The notes under the pieces: model-generated | Told to the model about the DNA's origin: nothing | Seen by the model: the letters and a program-made list of their open reading frames with translations, nothing else | Databases searched by the model: none | Translations under genes and position numbers: made by a program | Part shown: one piece after another, positions 27,433 through 35,901 of the stretch | How the letters are laid out: every line of letters starts with the position of its first letter | Position numbering within the stretch: position 1 is the first letter of the stretch | Origin: Gammaproteobacteria bacterium | Lineage (GTDB): Bacteria; Pseudomonadota; Gammaproteobacteria; Pseudomonadales; Pseudohongiellaceae | Assembly: GCA_029245905.1 (NCBI GenBank) | Contig: JAQWOJ010000024.1 | Span: 6,114 to 70,113, forward strand | Reading direction: 5' to 3' | Length of the DNA: 64,000 nt

Positions 27433-28275
27433 ATGATTACACATTCTGAATCGCGACGCCGTTTTTTGCGGCAATCTTCAGTTGCTGGCTTGTTAGGTTT
27501 ACTATCAGCTTTTTCTTCTCAAGCTCAAGGTCGAAAAATTAGCCGTATCGGCCTCCAGCTATATTCTCTGCGTAACGAAATGGCATCTGATTTTGAAGGT
27601 ACTTTAAGAAAGCTTGCAGAACTTGGCTACAAAGAAGTGCAGTTTGCTGGGTATCATGGAAAGTCGCCCAAGTATGTTAAAAAGTTACTAGACCAACTAG
27701 AGCTGACATCGCCTGCCTCACATGTATCGCTTAACCTCGTAAGAAATGAACTCGATAAACAAATCGATATTGCGAGAGAAGTGGGGCAGAGATACATAGT
27801 TGTTCCGTCTATACCGTCTGACGAGAGGACTCTCGATCATTACCAATTACATGCCGAAACGCTTAATGAGGCAGGAGAAAGGTGCAGAAAAGCAGGGTTA
27901 GCCATTGCTTACCATAACCATAGTTTCGAATTCGAATTGCAGAGCAACATGACTGGTTATGATCATTTGTTAGCCTCTACAGACCCAAGCCTTGTCTCGT
28001 TTGAGTTAGATCTTTATTGGGCAGTTAATGCCGGCGCCGACCCCATTACTCTCTTCAAAAAGCATCCTGGTCGATTTCCTTTGGTCCATGTCAAAGATCA
28101 AAATGCCTCGGGTGAAATGGTCGACGTTGGCAAGGGTGTTATAAATTTTTCCGAGATTTTTAAGCACTCTGACACAGCAGGTATTCATCACTACTTCGTG
28201 GAACACGATTATCCCGACGATGGCATCAATTCGATTGCCGACAGCTATAACGCATTAAGCAATATAAACTTCTAG
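27433..28275 (+). CDS. Tat-exported xylose-isomerase-like TIM-barrel protein
   Basis: 280 aa. It has a twin-arginine signal (SRRRFLRQSSVAGLLGL...AQG), then YHNHSFEF, VHVKD and VEHD. Confidence 0.8.
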   Translation: MITHSESRRRFLRQSSVAGLLGLLSAFSSQAQGRKISRIGLQLYSLRNEMASDFEGTLRKLAELGYKEVQFAGYHGKSPKYVKKLLDQLELTSPASHVSLNLVRNELDKQIDIAREVGQRYIVVPSIPSDERTLDHYQLHAETLNEAGERCRKAGLAIAYHNHSFEFELQSNMTGYDHLLASTDPSLVSFELDLYWAVNAGADPITLFKKHPGRFPLVHVKDQNASGEMVDVGKGVINFSEIFKHSDTAGIHHYFVEHDYPDDGINSIADSYNALSNINF

Positions 28276-28290
28276 CGAGGGCTTCTGTGA

Positions 28291-29052
28291 GTGGGTAAAT
28301 TCAGATTTTTAATTTTATTTGGAGTCTTTTCCAATGACTCTATTGCACAAAATGCCATCCTTGGAGATCCGCTGGAGCCAGTACCTTCAAAAGTAACTGG
28401 TGTTATCGATGGACAACCCCCATCTGACGCCATAATTCTTTTTGACGGATCCAATATGGACAGTTGGGAGCATGTCCGCTCTGGTGAGCCGTCGATGTGG
28501 GCCATAAAAGATGGGGTGCTAACGGTAAATAACGGAACGGGTACTTTAGTCAGCAAACAATCCTTTTCCGATATACAAATGCACATCGAGTGGAGACCAA
28601 ACTCCGAAATTGTAGGGTCGGGACAAAGCCGGGGTAACAGTGGCATTTTTATGCAGTCCTTATTTGAAATACAAATGCTGGACAGTTGGAATAATCCAAC
28701 ATACGTAAACGGCCAAGCCGGTTCGGTGTATCACCAATACCCCCCTCTAGTTAACGCTTCAAACCCTCCAGGCGAGTGGCAGACCTATGATCTGGTTTTT
28801 AAGGCACCGAGATACACACGGAAAGGCCAGTTGGAAAAACCGGCTTTCATCACGCTTTTTCACAATGGGGTTTTAGTGCTTGATCATGTAGAGGTTCTCG
28901 GCAGCACTTTTTCTAAAGTCCCTGAATACCGTGCTATATGCGAGCCCTATGAGATCGCTGAAATCCGAGATTGTAGTGGCGATCTTCCACTGCTCCTGCA
29001 AGACCACGGACAAGTCGTGTCTTTCCGCAATATTTGGCTGAGAGAACTTTAA
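28291..29052 (+). CDS. Secreted DUF1080 (3-keto-disaccharide-hydrolase-like, concanavalin fold) protein
   Basis: 253 aa with a GTG start and a signal peptide. It has LFDGSNMDSWE, NSGIFMQS..EIQMLD, PPGEWQTYDLVF and the C-terminal FRNIWLREL typical of DUF1080. Confidence 0.8.
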   Translation: MGKFRFLILFGVFSNDSIAQNAILGDPLEPVPSKVTGVIDGQPPSDAIILFDGSNMDSWEHVRSGEPSMWAIKDGVLTVNNGTGTLVSKQSFSDIQMHIEWRPNSEIVGSGQSRGNSGIFMQSLFEIQMLDSWNNPTYVNGQAGSVYHQYPPLVNASNPPGEWQTYDLVFKAPRYTRKGQLEKPAFITLFHNGVLVLDHVEVLGSTFSKVPEYRAICEPYEIAEIRDCSGDLPLLLQDHGQVVSFRNIWLREL

Positions 29053-29451
29053 ATATACACAGAGCTCTCCCTCGGAGGCTTAATTTAGCCAATAAGCTGT
29101 TTCAGCTTTCAAATAACTATGGCTGTCGCAGCGGCCCTATCACTACAATATATAGTATAGTAATTACTTTACTATATATGACCAAATCAAAATCCCTGAG
29201 CCATAAGGAAAGAATCTAACGCTCAGACGCTCAACAATTATGGGTTTTCCTAGTGAATGTCTTGTTTTTGGCGTTCAACATGACGACGCAACACTCGCCA
29301 CCTCTTAATAAAGTTTTATTGAACTTAACCCATGACTCTGCGGAGCCACCCTGCATAGGGGTAATTGATAATCTAAAACCTCTCAGCCTTTTTCAAGAAT
29401 GAGGAATGACGTGCCTTCTGATAGATCAGCCTTTCCTCCGAATTTGGAGAC

Positions 29452-29480
29452 AAAAAAAAGGAGGCATCAAGACCTCCTTT
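29452..29480 (-). terminator. Intrinsic terminator after the DUF4920 gene
   Basis: On the minus strand the sequence is AAAGGAGG-TCTTGATG-CCTCCTTT (8-bp stem) followed by TTTTT, starting about 20 nt after the stop at 29500. Confidence 0.6.
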
Positions 29481-29499
29481 CCGCCCTTTTTTCGCAGGA

Positions 29500-29970
29500 C
29501 TAACTTCGATTTTCCAGCTGAACGGCCCGCGCGACGATAGAGTATTCTTTAACTTCCCCGTGCAATTCCAGTGCGGACTGGGAGCCGGCATCTTGAGCAT
29601 AGTGCTCCGCCTGCTTGCCAGAAAGAACGCGCTCGCTCAGTTGACCATAGACAACTGAGCGCTGCATACTGGTCTCTGTAGGAACGAAAAACCCATAGTT
29701 TTCAAACGTCACTCTTGCGTATGTGTCGCCATCGACTAAAATCATCCAGCAACCCTTCGCCTGACAAACTTCAGTGATCTTGCCTTTAATCTTTACAAAT
29801 TCACTTTCTCCTCGCTCAAGACCCGATATAGCTTCAGTAAGTGTTACCGCCACCTCTTCCATAGGAACCTCACCACCAAAAGTTTGGTCGACCCTAAAGG
29901 CATCATCACCTTGCGCAATTGCTGCTATGCTAGCCAGTAAAGAAATTAATACTATGGGCAATTTGTGCAT
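29500..29970 (-). CDS. Secreted DUF4920-family protein
   Basis: 156 aa with a signal peptide. It has the CQAKGCWMILVDGD motif typical of DUF4920. Confidence 0.65.
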   Translation of the reverse strand: MHKLPIVLISLLASIAAIAQGDDAFRVDQTFGGEVPMEEVAVTLTEAISGLERGESEFVKIKGKITEVCQAKGCWMILVDGDTYARVTFENYGFFVPTETSMQRSVVYGQLSERVLSGKQAEHYAQDAGSQSALELHGEVKEYSIVARAVQLENRS

Positions 29971-30224
29971 CTATGTTTTCCTATTTTAGACAACTTATCA
30001 TAATAACGGGCAGTTACTTATTCCGGCTCTCCAAACTTCCTAGGAATAATAATCTTAGGGTTCCCTAGTTTCTTCACCGGATGCAGGAAATCATAAGGTT
30101 AATCAAGATTAGCCGCAACCCATAAATCTTTTAAATGCCATAGTAAATTGCACTCAAATCAGCGGCAGCATATCATCAATCTAAACGCGATTTCTTTCAT
30201 CCTCCTTAACAAGGGATAACAATA

Positions 30225-30599
30225 ATGATTGTGTACGGTGTAGCACTACTTTCAGGATGCTTAATCTTAGGCATGATAATCGGTGAAGCACTTGGCGCAG
30301 CTCTCAACGTTGACGCCAATGTTGGTGGCGTCGGTATAGCCATGATATTTCTCGTGCTCGCCGGCAACTCCGAAAAATTCAGGTCACTGACTCAAGATGC
30401 CGCAGGCAGTGGTATTAAATTTTGGAGTGCAATGTATATCCCCATAGTTGTCGCCATGGCAGCGAGACAAGATGTCGCCGGCGCAACCGAGGGCGGCTTA
30501 CTTGCGATCGTTGCCGGAGTCGCCGCTGTCACGGTTAGCTTTGCCCTGGTACCGATACTCAGCAAAATAGGGAAAAAATCCGCGACGGAAGAGAACTAA
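30225..30599 (+). CDS. madL: Malonate transporter subunit MadL
   Basis: 124-aa, four-helix membrane protein. Its sequence and size match MadL, and it is immediately followed by a MadM-like gene. Confidence 0.8.
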   Translation: MIVYGVALLSGCLILGMIIGEALGAALNVDANVGGVGIAMIFLVLAGNSEKFRSLTQDAAGSGIKFWSAMYIPIVVAMAARQDVAGATEGGLLAIVAGVAAVTVSFALVPILSKIGKKSATEEN

Positions 30600-30614
30600 A
30601 AGGGAGGGGTCGTA

Positions 30615-31373
30615 ATGGACATCATCGAAACAGTTTTTGTTCGGAACAACTTAGTCGTTGCATTCGCAGTAGTCGGTGTAACGATTTGGATTTCCTATTT
30701 ACTTGCAGACAAATTGACCGCCGGCCGAATTCATGGGTCTGCAATAGCAATTGCTTTGGGCCTAATAGCAGCTTACTTTGGTGGTGTGGCAACTGGAGGT
30801 AGAACAGGCGTCGCCGATTTTGCCTTGCTCGGAGGCATTGGCCTTATGGGCGGCGGAATGATGCGTGACTTCGCTATTGTAGCTACCGCATTTGGGGTTC
30901 AATTAAGTGAGCTAAAAAAAGCAGGGCTTGCGGGAATCATCTCTATATTCGCAGGCGTAATCGTGTCTTTTGTCGTTGGGGCTGCCGTAGCAATTCTTTT
31001 TGGCTATACCGATGCTGCAGCCATTACCACCATCGGTTCTGGCGCGGTAACCTATATCGTAGGACCTGTAACCGGAGAAGCAATAGGGGCCTCTGATACA
31101 GTAATCACTCTGAGTGTCGCCGCGGGACTCGTTAAGTCCATATTAGTGATGATCGGAACGCCCTTAGTCGCAAAGTATATTGGTTTAAACAATCCGCAAT
31201 CTGCTATGGTTTTCGGGGGACTTATGGGAACAACAAGCGGTGTTGCGGCAGGATTGGCCGCTACAGATCCAAAGCTCGTTCCATATGGAGCGATGACAGC
31301 CACGTTCTATACTGGCGTCGGATGTTTGCTAGGTCCCTCCGTTTTGTTTTTCTTAGTAAGCACCATCTATTGA
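30615..31373 (+). CDS. madM: Malonate transporter subunit MadM
   Basis: 252-aa polytopic membrane protein, Gly/Ala-rich, with the canonical partner position after madL. Confidence 0.8.
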   Translation: MDIIETVFVRNNLVVAFAVVGVTIWISYLLADKLTAGRIHGSAIAIALGLIAAYFGGVATGGRTGVADFALLGGIGLMGGGMMRDFAIVATAFGVQLSELKKAGLAGIISIFAGVIVSFVVGAAVAILFGYTDAAAITTIGSGAVTYIVGPVTGEAIGASDTVITLSVAAGLVKSILVMIGTPLVAKYIGLNNPQSAMVFGGLMGTTSGVAAGLAATDPKLVPYGAMTATFYTGVGCLLGPSVLFFLVSTIY

Positions 31374-31415
31374 AGCACACCCAAATAAATAAGCGCCCAA
31401 CAAAGGATAACTTAA

Positions 31416-32906
31416 GTGACGATGCCTAAAACTCCCTTCCCATGCCTACAAAACAATAGCACTAGAACCGCTCTGGTAGAGGGAGAAAAAACCTACAATT
31501 ATAAACAAGTTAACGAACGCATTAATCAGTTTGCCGCGGGCCTGCTGCGACAAAAGTCAGACTTAGGAGAAGAGCGTATAGCATTTTTTATGCCTGCTAG
31601 CTTAGACTATGTAACAGCTATGCACGGAGTTTGGCGGGCTGGTGGTATTGCGGTCCCCCTCAACGTTGCGTCGGCAGTATCGGAGCTTGACCACTATTTA
31701 ACTTGCGCCAATGTGACTCGAATGGTGGCTGGAAATGAATACCACGATTCACTTCGTGAGCTATGTCACTCCTTAAATATAGATCTCGTATCTGTTGCTG
31801 ATGTTTTAATAGAAGAAAGCGTCACCTTCCCAGAAATTTCTCCCGATCGAAGAGCTTTAATGCTATTCACGTCCGGGACTACCAACAAACCAAAGGGTGT
31901 CGTAAGCACTCACAGAACGGTAGAAGCCCAAATAACCACCCTCATCGAAGCTTGGGAATGGTCAGAAGATGATGTTATCCCGTTGTTTCTACCCCTCCAC
32001 CATATCCACGGAATAATCAATATTTTAAGTTGTGGGCTATGGGCCGGAGCCACCGTACACTTATTCAGCAAGTTTGATATCCCGAGAATTTCAGAGCAAA
32101 TCATCGCGGGAACTTATAACGTTTTTATGGCAGTACCCACTATATACGTGAAACTGATTCAGTATTTTGAGGGTATAGAGAAAGGAGAAGTTGAGAAAAT
32201 ATGTGCCGGTTTCAATGCAATGCGACTCAATATCTCCGGCTCTGCCGCGTGCCCGGTCAAATTATTCAAACAGTGGAAGGAACTAACCGGACAAGTGCTC
32301 TTGGAAAGATACGGTATGACAGAGATCGGCATGGGTATTTCTAATCCTTACAATGGCGAGCGCAGAGCTGGAGCGGTGGGCCAGCCACTCCCAGGCGTCG
32401 ACTGTAAGCTTTTTGATGATGACGACAATCCTGTTGTTAGCGAAGCCGTGTCGGGGGAAATCCGCATAAAGGGAGACAATGTCTTCCTTGAGTACTGGGA
32501 CAATAAAGAAGCAACAAAAGAATCCTTCAAGGACGGTTGGTTTTGTACCGGAGACGTTGCGGTTGTAGAAGATGGATATTACCGAATCATGGGTCGGTCT
32601 TCGGTCGACATTATCAAGTCTGGGGGTTACAAATTGTCTGCACTAGAGATAGAGGGAGTCCTCCTAACTCATGATGCGATTGCGGAAGTTGCCGTAATCG
32701 GTGTTGAGGACGATACTTGGGGCGAAGCGGTAACAGCAGTCATTGCATTGAAGCAAGGAAAAAACCTAGACTACGATACGCTGAAGTCATGGTGTGATGG
32801 CAAGATGTCATCTTATAAAATACCCAAACACCTAAAAATCATTGAATCACTTCCAAGAAATGCGATGGGCAAGGTCACGAAACCTTCATTAAAGGAAATA
32901 ATCTAG
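31416..32906 (+). CDS. Acyl-CoA synthetase (ANL superfamily), MatB-like candidate malonyl-CoA synthetase
   Basis: 496 aa. It has the AMP-binding motifs FTSGTTNKPKGV, YGMTE and TGD plus the C-terminal lysine region (PRNAMGKVTK). The substrate is inferred only from the madLM context. The start may instead be the ATG at 31422. Confidence 0.7.
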   Translation: MTMPKTPFPCLQNNSTRTALVEGEKTYNYKQVNERINQFAAGLLRQKSDLGEERIAFFMPASLDYVTAMHGVWRAGGIAVPLNVASAVSELDHYLTCANVTRMVAGNEYHDSLRELCHSLNIDLVSVADVLIEESVTFPEISPDRRALMLFTSGTTNKPKGVVSTHRTVEAQITTLIEAWEWSEDDVIPLFLPLHHIHGIINILSCGLWAGATVHLFSKFDIPRISEQIIAGTYNVFMAVPTIYVKLIQYFEGIEKGEVEKICAGFNAMRLNISGSAACPVKLFKQWKELTGQVLLERYGMTEIGMGISNPYNGERRAGAVGQPLPGVDCKLFDDDDNPVVSEAVSGEIRIKGDNVFLEYWDNKEATKESFKDGWFCTGDVAVVEDGYYRIMGRSSVDIIKSGGYKLSALEIEGVLLTHDAIAEVAVIGVEDDTWGEAVTAVIALKQGKNLDYDTLKSWCDGKMSSYKIPKHLKIIESLPRNAMGKVTKPSLKEII

Positions 32907-33057
32907 GTTATTATCAAATCGAAGCCAATCATTCTTGCAGTCAAATTCGTGTTAAGTGAAGTCTATTTCTTCCTTATTAAAACTCAGTTAGTGCGTTCAA
33001 CCCCATTAAGCCTTAAAATACTCGCTTGAGATTATTAATAATCAGAAGCCAAATACA

Positions 33058-34689
33058 GTGAAAACAGAGTTCTTAGGTAAAAAACTTTCTGGTCCTTTTA
33101 CAATACCTTCCGGCATAGTTACCTGCTCTGCAAACATTATCCAACGATTCTTTTCGCTCGTCCCTGAAGTAGGTATTCTAACAACAAAGAGCATTGGCCC
33201 AGAGGCTCGTTTAGGCTATCGGGAACCCATTCTTACTCAATATGAACCCGGTTGTTTCGCCAATGCGGTAGGGCTTACCAACCCGGGTGCAGACCAAGCC
33301 GCTAAATTATTGGCGGACCTTATAATTCCTGAAGACCGTTTTTTACTAATCTCAATTTTCGGCGCAAGCGTCAGCGAGTACGTCGACGTCGCAAAGAAGC
33401 TTGCCCCTTATGGTGATGGCCTGGAGTTAAACCTTTCCTGTCCACATGCAAAAGGCCTCGGCATGGCGATGGGCCAAGACCCTGCGCTGGTTCAAGAAAT
33501 TGTCTCTGCGGTGAAGTCCGCTGTAGATATTCCAGTAGTCCCAAAGCTTACCCCTAATGTTCCAAATATAGGTGAAATTGCTAAAGCGGCAGCTGATGGT
33601 GGAGCAGATGCAATTTGCGCAATTAACACGATGGGACCCGAACAACATGAAGCTCATGGCCACCCGATATTAAGCAACCAAAAAGGAGGCTTATCAGGGA
33701 AAGGTATCTTGCCAAGAGCATTACAGTGCGTCCGAGACATTCGAAATTCCGTTGACTGCGCGATAATCGCTTGCGGGGGAATTAGTAGCGCTGCGGATGT
33801 GCGGAAATTTCAGGGGGCAGGTGCCTCGATAATCGGTGTCGGTTCTGCGCTCATTGGAATGACGACAGACCAGATAGCAGAATATTTCACCGCACTGTCT
33901 AACGACCTTGAAAATGCGGCAGACAATTGTGAAAAATTAGTTCGCTACGATATCGATATGAACTTTAAACCAGTGACTCTGGTTGAAAATATAAAAATAA
34001 CAGAAGATATTTGTATTTTAACTTTTGATTGTAAAATTCAAATTCAGCCAGGACAGTTTATTTTCTTGTGGATTCCTGGCCTGGGAGAAAAACCTTTTTC
34101 AGCTTTAGTCGATGATCCGTTTAGGCTCGCCATTATTAATCTTGGAGATTTTACCGAAAAGTTACTGCACCTGACTCCTGGCACAGAAGCCTACATAAGA
34201 GGGCCTCATGGAGTTCCGATTACGCCACCAGCCGACTCCAAAATAATTGCTGTTGCAGGTGGAACAGGCTTAGCGGCGGTTTACCAGCTCGCCAGAGATT
34301 TTGGAAATACGGACATTTTTTTTGGTGCACGCTCAGAAGATAGACTCTATTTTGTGGAAGAATCGGAGCGAGTAAGCAACCTACATATAGCGACAGATGA
34401 CGGCAGCCGAGGCGCAAGCGGCGTCATTACAGAATTACTCGACAAACATTTAAGTGAAATGTCTGATTATGATTTGAATTCACTCGTATTCTACAACTGC
34501 GGTCCAGCGCCAATGGTCCACGCGGCAGAAGCCATTCAAAAAAAATATTCGTCTCCAGACAGGATATTCAGTGCTATCGATTATCTAACAAAATGTGGTG
34601 TTGGTATTTGCGGCGCCTGCGACTCTCCAGATGGTCGTCGTTTATGCGTTGACGGACCATTTCTCGACGCAGCAGATACCAAGCCCTAA
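33058..34689 (+). CDS. Fusion of a class-1 DHOD/dihydropyrimidine-dehydrogenase-like FMN domain with a PyrK-like FAD/NAD and [2Fe-2S] domain
   Basis: 543 aa with a GTG start. The N-terminal half has GLTNPG, LELNLSCPHAKGLGMAMGQDPALV, KLTPNV, INT, GGLSG and CGGI. The C-terminal half has GEKPFS, AGGTGLA and CGVGICGAC...LCVDGPF. Confidence 0.75.
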   Translation: MKTEFLGKKLSGPFTIPSGIVTCSANIIQRFFSLVPEVGILTTKSIGPEARLGYREPILTQYEPGCFANAVGLTNPGADQAAKLLADLIIPEDRFLLISIFGASVSEYVDVAKKLAPYGDGLELNLSCPHAKGLGMAMGQDPALVQEIVSAVKSAVDIPVVPKLTPNVPNIGEIAKAAADGGADAICAINTMGPEQHEAHGHPILSNQKGGLSGKGILPRALQCVRDIRNSVDCAIIACGGISSAADVRKFQGAGASIIGVGSALIGMTTDQIAEYFTALSNDLENAADNCEKLVRYDIDMNFKPVTLVENIKITEDICILTFDCKIQIQPGQFIFLWIPGLGEKPFSALVDDPFRLAIINLGDFTEKLLHLTPGTEAYIRGPHGVPITPPADSKIIAVAGGTGLAAVYQLARDFGNTDIFFGARSEDRLYFVEESERVSNLHIATDDGSRGASGVITELLDKHLSEMSDYDLNSLVFYNCGPAPMVHAAEAIQKKYSSPDRIFSAIDYLTKCGVGICGACDSPDGRRLCVDGPFLDAADTKP

Positions 34690-34812
34690 CAACATTTTTC
34701 TAAAGTGTGTGCCCCTAGGAGATACCTTCTCGACAAGTCAATCAGCTTCCATTAGCATTATTGACAAGTGGTCAAAAATAAATTTAAAAACAGTTAGTTT
34801 AAAGAGGCTTAA

Positions 34813-35841
34813 ATGAAACGTCGATCCTTCCTAGCGACAGGCGCAGCCGCTATAGCTGTGATACCTAACTTGATTCGGTCACAAGAACTAGAGTCAGCGG
34901 AGGCTCGTGATTGGTCGGGCAATACTCCGCTCCGATATCCGGATCCTGACGTCATCGCCTTGGATGATCGTTTCCGGCGCTACGTGCTTTTTAATACCCC
35001 AATCCGGCGACATTATGTCGGAACTATGTGGGCGGAAGGTCCTGCCTGGAACGGTGTTGGTCGCTACCTAGTCTGGAGCGATATCCCCAATAATCGCCAA
35101 TTAAGATGGATTGAAGAGGACAATAGAGTAACAGAATTTCGCACTCCCTCAGGTAATAGCAACGGCAATACATTCGATTTCCAAGGTAGACAAATTTCTT
35201 GTGAGCATGGTAATCGGCGCGTTGTGCGCTATGAATACGATGGCACCGTGACGGTAATCGCTGATCGCTATGAAGGTCAGCCATTAAACTCTCCTAATGA
35301 TGCCGTAGTTCATCCCGATGGAAGCATCTGGTTTACCGATCCACCCTACGGCATACGAGGAAACTACGAAGGAAATCGCGCAGAGCAATTACACCCCTTA
35401 TCTGTCTATCGCGTGGACTCGAATGGTCAAACCAACAGAGTAACGGATGATATTGATGCCCCTAATGGCTTATGTTTTTCTCCAGACTACTCAACGCTCT
35501 ACGTTGCGAATACAGGCGCAGGTCGAGACATAAAGGCTTGGGATGTAGATGGTTCTCGGTTGAGAAATGGCAGGGTCTTCGCTGAATTAGTGGACCCAAC
35601 GGACGACTCACGAACTTCAGCTGACGGTATTCGTTGTGATCAAGATGGGAATGTTTGGGCCGGCGCCAGACCTGGTGTTCAGATAATCGCTCCCGACGGC
35701 GACGCTATTGGCGTAATCCGGTTGCCAGAGGTTTGTGCGAATGTTTGTTTTGGGGGCACAAAAAGAAATCGCTTATTTATGACCGCCAGCCAATCCCTGT
35801 ATTCTGTCTATGTAGGGGTCAGCGGAGCAGGAGTTGCCTAG
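34813..35841 (+). CDS. Tat-exported SMP-30/gluconolactonase/LRE-family beta-propeller
   Basis: 342 aa. It has the twin-arginine signal MKRRSFLATGAAA, and EGPAWN, NSPNDAVVHPDGSIWFTDP and PNGLCFSPD typical of gluconolactonases. Confidence 0.85.
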   Translation: MKRRSFLATGAAAIAVIPNLIRSQELESAEARDWSGNTPLRYPDPDVIALDDRFRRYVLFNTPIRRHYVGTMWAEGPAWNGVGRYLVWSDIPNNRQLRWIEEDNRVTEFRTPSGNSNGNTFDFQGRQISCEHGNRRVVRYEYDGTVTVIADRYEGQPLNSPNDAVVHPDGSIWFTDPPYGIRGNYEGNRAEQLHPLSVYRVDSNGQTNRVTDDIDAPNGLCFSPDYSTLYVANTGAGRDIKAWDVDGSRLRNGRVFAELVDPTDDSRTSADGIRCDQDGNVWAGARPGVQIIAPDGDAIGVIRLPEVCANVCFGGTKRNRLFMTASQSLYSVYVGVSGAGVA

Positions 35842-35901
35842 AAGAATGCTCCAGCCCGCTTCCAAATAAGAAAACTAATCATATATTCGCGCCATTAAAT
35901 A

